Assembly: GCF_009834535.1 (NCBI RefSeq) | Contig: NC_045697.1 | Location: 119,724,001-119,788,000, forward strand | Direction: 5' to 3' | DNA length: 64,000 nucleotides | From: Camelus ferus | Lineage: Eukaryota | Shown here: one piece after another, positions 34,401 to 46,400 of the stretch | Layout: every line of letters begins with the position of its first letter | Numbering within the stretch: the first letter of the stretch is position 1 | The notes under the pieces: model-generated | Told to the model about the DNA's origin: nothing | Database searches by the model: none | The model's input: the letters and a program-made list of their open reading frames with translations, nothing else | Made by a program: the position numbers and the translations under genes

Positions 34401-37400
34401 ACACTGGGCTGGGGGCTCAAGTTTATCCCTCGTTAGGTAGAAGTCCGCTAATTACCTCTAAAGATCCATCTCGGGGCACTCCCTGCTACTTGGATTTCCA
34501 GCCCAACCCCCAGGGTTCCCTTGCAGCCCAGGCCTGGGGTAACACAGAGTGAAAAGAAGATACTGGTGCTATTAGAACCCATGCGCTGCTGACAATTGTG
34601 GAAACCTTCGAGACACTACAGGATAGCAGAACACACTTTCTGTGTGTGATTGGAGTAGGAAAACACACGCCAGGCATTTTTTGGGATCCAGGTTTCCCAG
34701 GTTGGGAGATGTCGGCGAGTTTCCTTCCATGCTCATGGGGAGTCACTGTCTTCTACTTCAGTTTTCAAGCCCAACTCCCAGCTTTACCTTGTAGCCCGGA
34801 CTAGTGAAACACCCAGGGATGAAAATAAATGATTCTATCAGTACCCCCGGCGTTGCTGTCTTTGGAGGATCCTCCAACCCTCAGGATTCTGGAACAAGTC
34901 TTTGCATGTTGGGAGTTGTGGAGCCCTCAATCCACGCAAGAAGGATGGGGTCACAGATTTGTCCCGGTTAGGGAGAAGTCCGCTAATTACCTCCACAGTG
35001 CGTCTTGGGGCACTCGCATGCTTCTTGGCTTTTCAGCCACTCCCCCTAGATTCACTCGCAGCCCGGCCTTTGAAAACACTCAGGGCAAGTAAGCTAGTGT
35101 TCTATAGGAACCCAGGTGCTGCAGACAGTTGGTACCTCCCCCACTTCAGGGTAACAGAAACAATTCGTTGAGTGTCTGATAGAGATGGGTAAACTAACTC
35201 CACGCATGTTTCAGGTTGGTACAGGCGTTCTTAGTTTATGTGGAAGTTCGTATAATTACCTCCACTGTCCATGGGGAGGCCCTTGCAGTTGCTTGGATTT
35301 CCAGCCTACCCCCAGCGTTTCTCGCAGCCCGGCCTGGGAAAAACTCAGGGAATAAAAGCTACAGGTTCTGTTAGACACAAGTTGCTCCTGAAAGTTTGTA
35401 GAAACCTCCCCACACTAAGGAAAAGAGAACACTTCTTTGTGTGTGTGATGGAGTAGGAAAACACACTAAAGGCATGTTTCTGGGGTGCAGGTTTTCCCAG
35501 GATGGGAGATTTTGGCTAATTACCTCCACTGCCCATGGGGAGGCACTCTGATTTTCTTCATTTTCCAGCCCTACTCCCAGCTTTCCCTTGCTGCACGGGT
35601 TAGGAAAACACCCAGGGATGACAAACTAAGTAATTCTATCAGAACCCCGGCGCTGCTGTCTGTTGCAGGAACCTCCACACACACAGGATTCCCAAACACG
35701 GCTTTGATTGGGGAGTTGTGAAGCCCCACTCCACACACATGGCTGGGGGCACAAGTATTTCCCTGTTATTGAGAAGTCAGTTAATTACCTCCACAGTGCA
35801 TCTTGGGCACTCGCTGCTTCTTGGCTTTTCAGCCAATTCCCCAGATTTCACTCTCAGCCCGGTCTCGGAAAACACTCAGGGAAGGAAAGCTACAAGTTCT
35901 ATTATAACCCAGGCGATCCTGACAGTTGTAGAAACCTCAACATACTAAGGAATACAGGATAATCCTTTGTGTGTGTGATGGAGTAGGAAAACACACTAAA
36001 GGCATGTTTCTGGGGTGCAGGTGTTCCCAGGATGGGAGATGTTGGCTAATTACCTCCACTGCCCATGGGGAAACACTCTCTTCACTTCGATTTCCAACCC
36101 TTATCCTAGCATTTCCCTTGCAGCCCGAACGTGGAAAACACCCAGGGATTACAAATCTAGACATTCTGTCAGAACCAGGGCGCTGTTGTCTGTTTGGGAG
36201 GAACCTTCCAAACACTCACGATTCCGGAAACCACGGCTTTTTTTGATTGGGGGGAGTGGTGAAGCCCCATAGCACACTCACTGCTGGGGGCACAAGATTT
36301 TCCCTGTTAGGGAGAAGTCTGCTAATTACATCCATAGTCCATCTAGGGGCACTCGCTGCTACTTGGCTTTCCATAACAACCCCAGCTTACCCTCACAGCC
36401 CGGCCTGGGTAAACACTCAGGAGAATATGCTATTGGTTGTATTGGAACCCAGTCCGCTACCTACCGTTGTAGGAAACATCCCACACTAGGATAACAGAAG
36501 AAATCTTTGTGGGTCTGATGGAGAGGGGTAAACAAACTCCACGCATGTTTCGGTGGGCACAGGTGTTCCAAGGCTGTGGGACGTCGGAAAAATACCTCAA
36601 ATTTTCATGGGAGTAACTTGCTGCTTCTACGAATTTCAGCCCGAACCCACAGATTTTACCTCGCAGCCAGGCCTGTGAAAAACAATCACGGAAAAGAAAA
36701 TACTGGTGCTATTATATCCCAGGCGCTGTTCACAGGTGTAGAAACCTCCCCACACTCAGGATAGCGGAACACATCTTTGTGTGTATGACGGTTAAGGAAA
36801 ATACACTCCAGGCATTTTTCTGTCTGTACAGCTGTTCTCAGGTTTGGAGATGTCGCCTAATTACCTCCACTGCCATTGGGGAGGCACTTTCTACTTCTCC
36901 GCTTTCCAGACTATCTCCCAAATTTCCCTTGCAGCCCGGCCTAAGAAAACACCTAAATATGACAATATAGTGATTCTATTCAGAACCCCGTCGCTGCTGT
37001 CGGTTGGAGGTACCCAACACACTCAAAATTCCGGAACACGTCTTTGCTTGGGGAGGTGTAGAACCCAACACCACACAGATGCCTGGGGGCACAGGAATTC
37101 CCTGTTTATGAGAAGTCCGCTCATTACCTCTACAGTCAATCTCTAGGCACTTGTTGCTACTTGACTTTCCAGCCGAACCCCAAGCTTTCCCTCACAGCCC
37201 AGCCCTGGGAAAACACTCAGAAGAAATATCTAGTGGTTCTAATGGACACAGGCACTGCAGCACCGTGTAGGACTCTATCGCACACGCAGGATAACAGAAA
37301 CATGTTTTGTGTCTGATTGAGATGGTAAAACCTCCACGCATGTTCAGGGGTACAGGTGTTCCTAGGTGTGGGAGGTCAGATACTTCCCACTACTGCCCAT

Positions 37401-40400
37401 GGGGAGGAAATCGCTTCCTGCTTGGCTTTCCAGCCCATCCCCAGTTTCCCTTGCAACCCAGCCTGAGAGAACACTCAGAAAATGTAGCTTAATATTTAAT
37501 TAGAACCCAGGCGTGATTGCTGATAGTTGTAAGAAACCTCCCAATACACAGGGTAACAGAACACTGATTTGTGTGTGTTATGTATTAGGAAAACACCTCC
37601 ATGCATGTCTCTGGGGTGCAGGTTAACCAGGTTGGGAGACGTTGGCTAATTATCTGCCAGAGTCCATGGGGAGGCACTCTGTTTTCTGCATTTTCCAGCA
37701 CTACTCCCAGCTTTCCCTTGCAGCCCGGGTTAGAAAACCACCGAGGGATGACAGACTAAGTGATTCTATCGAGAACCATGGCGACTGCTGTCTGTTGGAG
37801 GGCACCTCCAAACACCACAGGATTCCCAAAGAAGGCTTTGCTTGTGTTGAGTTTTGAAGCCCCACACCAACACCTTAGGCTGCGGGCATCAAGTTGTATC
37901 CCTGTTAGGTAGAAGTCCGCTAATTACCTCTAAGTACCATATCGTGGCTACTCCCTGCTACTTGGATTTCCAGCCCAACCCCCAGGTTTCACTTGCAGCC
38001 CGGCCCTGGGCTAACCACAGGTGAAAAGAGCTACTGGTGCTATTAGAACCCATGCGCTGCTGACAATTGTGGAAACCTTCGAACACTCAGGATAGCAGAA
38101 CACATCTTTCTGGTGTGATGGAGTAGGAAAACACACGCCAGGCATTTTTTTGGGGATCCAGGATTTTCCCAGGTTGGGAGATGTCGGCTAGTTTCCTTCA
38201 CTGCTCATGGGGAGTCACTGTCTTCTTCTTCATTTTCAAGCCCAACTCCCAGCTTTCCCTTGTAGCCCGGACTAGTGAAACACCCAGGGATGAAAAATAA
38301 ATGATTCTATCAGTACCCCGGCGTTGCTGTCTGTTGGAGGATCCTCCAAACCCTCAGGATTCTGGAAAAAGTCTTTGCATGTTGGGAGTTGTGGAGCCCC
38401 AATCCACGCAGAAGGATGGGGTCACAGATTTGTCCCTGTTAGGGAGAAGTCCGCTAATTAACTCCACAATGCGTCTTGGGGCACTCGATGCTTCTTGGCT
38501 TTTCAGCCAATCCCTAGATTTCACTCGCAGCCCGGCCTTTTGAAAACACTCAGGGAAAGTAAGCTAGGGTTCTATAGGAACACAGGTGCTGCAGACAGTT
38601 GGTACCTCCCCACACTCAGGGTAACAGAACAATTCGTTGAGTGTCTGATAGAGATGGGTAAACTAACTCCACGCATGTTTCAGGTTGTACAGGCGTTCTT
38701 AGGTTTATGTAAGTTCGTATAATTACCTCACATGTCCATGGGGAGGCCCTTGCAGTTGCTTGGATTTCCAGCCCTACCCCCAGCGTTTCCTCGCAGCCCG
38801 GCCTGGGAAAAACTCAGGGAATAAAAGCTACAGGTTCTGTTAGAACAAAGTTGCTCCTGAAAGTTGTAGAAACCTCCCACACTAAGGAAAGAGAACACAT
38901 TCTTTGTGTCTGTTGATGGAGTAGGAAAACACATTAAAGGCATGTTCCTGGGGTGCAGGTGTTCCCAGGATGGGAGATTTTGGCTAATTACCTCCACTGC
39001 CCATGGGGAGGCACTCTGATTTTCTTCGTTTTCCAGCCCTACTCCCAGCTTTCCCTTGCTGCACGGGTTAGGAAAACACCCAGGGATGACAAACTAAGTA
39101 ATTCTATCAGAACCCCGGCGCTGCTGTCTGTTGCAGGAACCTCCACACACACAGGATTCCCAAACACGCTTTGATTGGGGAGTTGTGAAGCCCCACTCCA
39201 CACACATGGCTGGGGGCACAAGTATTTCCCTGTTATTGAGAAGTCAGTTAATTACCTCCACAGTGCATCTTGGGGCACTCGCTGCTTCTTGGCTTTTCAG
39301 CCAATTCCCCAGATTTCACTCTCAGCCCGGTCTCGGAAAACACTCAGGGAAGGAAAGCTACAAGTTCTATTAGGACCCAGGCGATCCTGACAGTTGTAGA
39401 AACCTCAACATACTAAGGAATACAGGATAATCCTTTGTGTGTGTGATGGAGTAGGAAAACACACTAAAGGCATGTTCTGGGGTGCAGGTGTTCCAGAGAT
39501 GGGAGATGTTGGCTAATTACCTCCACTGCCCATGGGGAAGCACTCTCTTCACTTCGATTTCCAGCCCTAATCCTAGCATTGCCTTGCAGCCCGACCGTGG
39601 AAAACACGCAGGGATTACAAATCTAAGACATTCTGTCAGAACAAGGGCGCTGCTGTCTGTTGGAGGAACCTTCAAACACTCACGATTTCGGAAGACGGCT
39701 TTGTTGGGGGGAGTGGTGAAGCCCCACTGCACATTCACTGCTGGGGGCACATGATTTACCCTGTTAGGGAGAAGTCTGCTAAGTACATCCATAGTCCATC
39801 TAGGGGCACTCGCTGCTACTGGCTTTCCTATCAAACCCCCAGCTTACCCCTCACAAGCCGGCCTGGTAAACAATCAGTGATAATATGCTATTGGTTGTAT
39901 TGGAACCCAGTACGCTACCTACACGTTGTAGGAAACATCCCACACTAGGATAACAGAAGAAAATTCTTTGTGGGTCGATGGAGATGGGTAAAAAACTCCA
40001 CGCATGTTTCTGGGGGCACAGGTTTCCAAGGCTGTGGGACGTCGGAAAACTACCTCAAAATTTCATGGGGAGTAATTGCGTGCTTCTACGAATTTCAGTC
40101 CCAACCCACAGCTTTACCTCGCAAGCCAGGCCTGTTGAAAACAATCACGGAAAAGAAAATACTGGTGCTATTATATCCCAGTCGCTGTTCACAGTTGTAG
40201 AAACCTCCCCACCACTCAGGATAGCGGAACATATCTTTTATGTAGGATTGTTTAGGAAAATACACTTCAGGCATGTTTCTGGGGGTACAGCTGTTCCCAG
40301 GTTTGGAGATGTCGCCTAATTACCTCCACTGCCATTGGGGAGGCACTCCTCTACTTCTTCACTTTCCAGACCAACTCCCAAATATCCCTTGCAGCCCGGC

Positions 40401-40449
40401 CTAAGTATTAACCTAGATATGACATAATTAGTGATTCTATTCAGAACCT

Positions 40450-43400
40450 CCGTCGCTGCTGTCGGTTGGAGGTACCCAACACACTCAAAATTCGGAACAC
40501 CGCTTTGCTTGTGGGAGGTTTGGAGCCCCACACCACACAGATGTCTGTGGGCACAGGAATTCCCTGTTTATGACAAGTCCGCTAATTACCTCTACAGTCA
40601 ATCTCTAGGCACTTGTTGATACTTGGCTTTCCAGCCGAACCCCCATCTTTCCCCCGTAGCCGGCCCTGGAAGACACTCAGAGGAAATAAGCTAGTTATTC
40701 TAATGGAACGCAGGCACTGCAGACCGTTGTAGAAACCACCGCACACGAAGGATAACAGAACATATTTTTGTGTCTGACTGAGATGGTAAAACCTCCACGC
40801 ATGTTTCAGGGGGTACAGGTGTTCCTAATATGTGGGAGGTCAGATACTTCCCACTACTGTCCATGGGGAGGAAATCGCTAATGCTTGGCTTTCCAGCCCA
40901 TCCCCAAATTCCCTTGCAACCCAGCTTGAGAGAACACTCAGAAAATGTAGCTTAAATTTTAATTAGAACCCAGGCGCTGCTGACAGTTTTAGAAACGTCC
41001 CAATACACAGGGTAACAGAACACTTCTTTGTGTGTGTTATGTAGTAGGAAAACACACTCCATGCATGTTTCTGGGGTGCAGGTTTAACCAGGTTGTGATA
41101 CGTTGGCTAATTATCTCCAGAGACCATGGGGAGGCACTCTGTTTTTATTGGTTTTCCATCCCTACTCCCAGGTTTCCCTTGCAGCCCGAGTTAGGAAAAG
41201 ACCCAGGGATGACAGACTAAGTGATTGTATAAGAACCCTGGCGCTGCTGTCTGTTGGAGGGACCTCCAAACACACAGGATTCCCAAAGAAGGCTTTGCTT
41301 GTGTGAGTTGTGAAGCCCCACACCACACACATGGCTGTGGGCACAAGTTTTTACCTGTTAGGGAGAATTCCGCTAATTACCTCTAAAGTCCATCTCGTGG
41401 CACTCTCTGCTACTTGGATTTCCAGCCCAACCCCCAGGTTTCCCTTGCAGCCCAGCCTGGGGTAACACAGAGTGAAAAGAAGCTACTGGTGCTATTAGAA
41501 CCCATGCGCTGAGGACAATTGTGGAAACCTTCGAACACTCAGGATAACAGAACACAATCTTTCTGTGTGTGATGGAGTAGGAAAACACACTCCAGGCATT
41601 TTTTTGGGGGATCCAGGTTTTCCCAGGTTGGGAGATGTCGGCTAGTTTCCTTCGATGCTCATGGGGAGTCACTGTCTTCTTCTTCGTTTTCAAGCCCAAC
41701 TCCCAGCTTTCCCTTGTAGCCCGGACTAGTGAAACACTCAGGGATGAAAAATAAATGATTTTTATCAGTACCCCGGCGTTGCTGTCTGTTGGTGGATCCT
41801 CCAAAACCTCAGGATTCTGGAAACATGTCTTTGCATGTTGGGAGTTGTGGAGCCCCAATCCACGCAGAAGGATGGGGTCACAGATTTGTCCCTCTTAGGG
41901 AGAAGTCCGCTAATTACATCCACAGTGCGTCTTGGGGCACTCGCTGCTTCTTGGCTTTTCAGCCAATCCCCCAGAATTCACTCGCAGCCCGGCCTTTGAA
42001 AACACTCAGGGCAAGTAAGCTAGGGTTCTATAGGAACCCAGGTGCTGCAGACAGTTGTAGCACTTCCCCACACTCAGGGTAACAGAACAATTCTTCGAGT
42101 GTCTGATAGAGATGGGTAAACTAACTCCACGCATGTTTCAGGTGGTAAAGGCGTTCTTAGGTTGTGGAAGTTCTTATAATTACTCCAATGTCCATGGGAG
42201 GCCCTTGCAGTTGCTTGGCATTTCCAGCCCTACCCCCCAGCGTTTCCTCGCAGCCCGGCCTGGGAAAAACTCAGGGAATAAAAGCTACAGTTTCTGTTAG
42301 AACAAAGTTGCTCCTGAAAGTTTTAGAAACCTCCCCACACTAAGGAAAATCGAACACTCCTTTGTGTGTGTGATGGAGTAGGAAAACACATTAAGGCATG
42401 TTTATGGGGTGCAGGTGTTCCCAGGATGGGAGATGTTGGCTAATTACCTCCACTGCCCATGGGTATGCACTCTGATTTTCTTCGTTTTCCAGCCATTTTC
42501 CCAGCTTTCCCTTGCTGCACCGGTTATGAAAACACCCAGGGATGACAAACTAAGTACTTCTATGAGAACCCCGGCGCTGCTGTCTGTTGCAGGAACCTCC
42601 ACAAACACAGGATTCCCAAACACGGCTTTGATTGGTGAGTTGTGAAGCCCCACTCCACACACATGGCTGGGGGCACAAGTATTCCCTGTTATTGAGAAGT
42701 CAGTTAATTTCCTCCACCGTGCATCTTGGGGCACTCACTGCTTCTTGGATTTTCAGCCAATTCCCCAGATTTCACTCTCAGCCCTGTCTCGGAAAACACT
42801 CAGGGAAGGAAAGCTACAAGTTCTATTAGAACCCAGGCGATCCTGACAGTTGTAGAAACCTCAACATACTAAGTAAAACAGAATACTCTTTTGTGTGTGT
42901 GATGGAGTAGGAAAACACACTAAAGGCATGTTTCTGGGGTGCAGGTGTTCCCAGGATGGGAGATGTTGGCTAATTACCTCCACTGCCAATGTGGAGACAC
43001 TCACTTCACTTCGATTTCCAGCCCTAATCCTAGCATTCCCTTGCAGCCCGACCTTGGAAAACACCCAGGGATTAAAAATGTAAGACATTCTGTCAGAACC
43101 AGGGCGCTGCTTTCTGTTGGAGGAACCTCCAAACACTCACGATTCGGGAACACGGCTTTTTTGGGGGGGAGTGCTGATGCCCCACTGCACACTCACTGCT
43201 GGGGGCACATGATTTTCCCTGTTAGGGAGACGTCTGCTAATTACATCCATAGTCCATCTAGGGTCACTCGCTGCTACTTGGATTTCCATACCATCCCTAG
43301 CTTTCCTTCAGAGCCCGGCCTGGGTAAACACTCAGGGATAATATGTTATTGGTTGTATTGGAACCCAGTCGCTACCTACCGTTGTAGGAAACATCCCACA

Positions 43401-46400
43401 CCTAGGATAACAGAAGAAAACTTTGTGGGTCTGATGGAAATGGGTAAACAATCTCCACGCATGTTTCGGGGGGCACAGGTGTTCCAAGGCTGTGGGACGT
43501 CGGAAAAATACCTCAAAATTTCATGGGAGTAACTTGTTGCTTCTACGAATTTCAGCCGAATCCCACAGTTTACCTCGCAGCCAGGCCTGTGAAAATAATC
43601 ACGGAAAAGAAAATACTGGTGCTATTATATCCCAGGCGCTGTTCACAGGTGTAGAAACCTCCCCACACTCAGGATAGCGGAACACATCTTTGTGTGTATG
43701 ACGGTTAAGGAAAATACACTCCAGGCATTTTTCTGTCTGTACAGCTGTTCTCAGGTTTGGAGATGTCGCCTAATTACCTCCACTGCCATTGGGGAGGCAC
43801 TTTCTACTTCTCCGCTTTCCAGACTATCTCCCAAATTTCCCTTGCAGCCCGGCCTAAGAAAACACCTAAAATATGACAATATTAGTGATTCTATTCAGAA
43901 CCCCGTCACTGCTGTCGGTTGGAGGTACCCAACACACTCAAATTCCGGAACACGTCTTTGCTTGGGGAGGTGTAGAACCCAACACCACACAGATGCCTGG
44001 GGGCACAGGAATCCCTGTTTATGAGAAGTCCGCTCATTACCTCTACAGTCAATCTCTAGGCACTTGTTGCTACTTGACTTTCCAGCCGAACCCCAAGCTT
44101 TCCCTCACAGCCCGCCCTGGAAAACACTCAGAAGATATAAGCTAGTGGTTCTAATGGAACACAGGCACTGCAGACCCTTGTAGGAACCACCGCACACGCA
44201 GGATAACAGAACATATTTTGTGTCTCATTGAGATGGTAAAACCTCCACGCATGTTTCAGGGGTACAGGTGGTCCTAAGTTGTGGGAGGTCAGATACTTCC
44301 CACTACTGCCCATGGGGGGAAATAGCTCCTGCTTGGCTTTCCAGCACATCTCCAGGTTCCCTTGCAACCCAGCCTGAGAGAACACTCAGAAAATATAGCT
44401 TAATTTTTAATTACAACCCAGGCGCTGCTGACAGTTGTAGAAACCTCCCAATACACAGGGTAACAGAACACGTCTTTGTGTGTGTTATGTAGTAGGAAAA
44501 GCAGACTCCATGCATGTTTCTGGGGTGCAGGTTTAACCAGGTTGGGAGACGTTGGCTAATTAACTCCAAAATCCATGGGGAGGCACTCTGTTTTTCATCG
44601 TTCCCAGACCTACTCCTAGCTTTCCCTTGCAGCACGGGTTTGGAAAACACCCAGGGATGACAGACTAAGTGATTCTATCAGAACCCTGGGGCTGCTGTCT
44701 GTTGGAGGCACTTCCAAACACACAGGATTCCCAAAAATGGCTTTGCTTGGGTGAGTTGTGAAGCCCCACAACAAACACATGGCTGGGGGCACAAGTTTTT
44801 CCCTGTTAGGGAGAAGTTCGCTAATTCCCTCTACATTCAATCTCGGGGCACTCCCTGCTACATGGATTTCCAGCCCAACCCCCAGGTTTCCCTTGCAACA
44901 CGGCCTGGTGTAACACAGAGAGAAAAGAAGCTACAGGTCCTATTAGAACCATGCGATGCTGAAAATTGTGGAAACCTTCGAACACTCAGTATAACAGAAC
45001 ACATCTTTCTGTGTGTGATGGAGTAGGAAAACACATGCCAGGCATTTTTCTGGGGATCCAGGTTTTCCCAGGTTGGGAGATATCGGCTAGTTTCCTTCAC
45101 TGCTCATGGGGAGTCACTGTCTTCTTCTTCGTTTTCAAGCCCAAATCCAAGCTTTCCCTTGTAGCCCGGACTAGTGAAACACCCAGGGATGAAAAATAAA
45201 TGATTCTATCAGTTCCCCGGCGTTGCTTTCTGTTGGAGGATCCTCCAAACCCCCAGGATTCTGGAACAAGTCTTTGCATGTTTGGAGTTGTGGAGCCCCA
45301 ATCCACGCAGAAGGATGGGGTCACAGATTTGTCCCTGTTAGGGAGAAGTCCGCTACTTACCTCCACAGTGCGTCTTGGGGCACTCGTTGCTTCTTGGATT
45401 TTCAGGCAATCCCCCAGAATTCACACGCAGCCTGTCCTTTGAAAACACTCAGGGAAAGTAAGCTAGAGCTCTATAGGAACCCAGGTGCTGCAGACAGTTT
45501 TAGGAAACTCCCCACACTCAGGATAACAGAACAATTCGTCGAGTGTCTGATAGAGATGGGTAAACTAACTCCACGCATGTTTCAGGTGGTAAAGGCGTTC
45601 TTAGGTTGTGGAAGTTCATATAATTACCTCCATTGTCCATGGGGAGGCCCTTGCTGATGCTTGGAATTCCAGCCCTACCCCCAGCGTTTCCTCGCAGCCC
45701 TGCCTGGGAAAAACTCAGGGAATAAAATCTACAGGTTCTGTTAGAACAAAGTTGCTCCTGAAAGTTGTAGAAACCTTCCCACACTAAGGAAATAGAACAC
45801 TTCTTTGTGTGTGTGATGGAGTAGGAAAACACACTAAAGGCATGTTTCTGGGGTGCAGGTGTTCCCAGGATGGGAGATTTTGTCTAATTACCTCCACTGC
45901 CCATGGGGAGGCACTCTGGTTTTCTTCGTTTTCCAGCCCTACTCCCAGCTTTCCCTTGCTGCACGGGTTAGGAAAACACCCAGGGAAGACAAACTAAACA
46001 ATTCTATCAGAACCCCGGCGCTGCTGTCAGTTGCAGGAACCTCCACACACACAGGATTCCCAAACACGGCTTTGATTGGGGAGTTGTGAAGCCCCACTCC
46101 ACACACATGGCTGGGGGCCCAAGTATTTCCCTGTTATTGAGAAGTCAGTTAATTTCCTCCACAGTGCATCTTGGGGCACTCACTGCTTCTTGGATTTTCA
46201 GCCAATTCCCCAGATTTCACTCTCAGCCCGGTCTCGGAAAACACTCAGGGAAGGAAAGCTACAAGTTCTATTAGAACCCAGGCGATCCTGACATTTGTAG
46301 AAACCTCAACACTCTAAGGAAAACAGGATAATCCTTTGTGTGTGTGATGGAGTAGGAAAATACACTAAATCATATATCTGGGGTGCAGGTGTTCCCAGGA

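Noticed and set aside
25491..40450. High indel density as evidence of biological decay
   Set aside because: The indels are mostly 1-bp, often in homopolymers, and densest near the contig start and in mixed-allele zones. This fits long-read consensus error better than true mutation.
42939..43532. Longest ORF (197 aa)
   Set aside because: It exists only because of an extra base in the T/G homopolymer near 43156-43169. The paralogous copy is split into ORFs 49836..50108 and 50105..50488.
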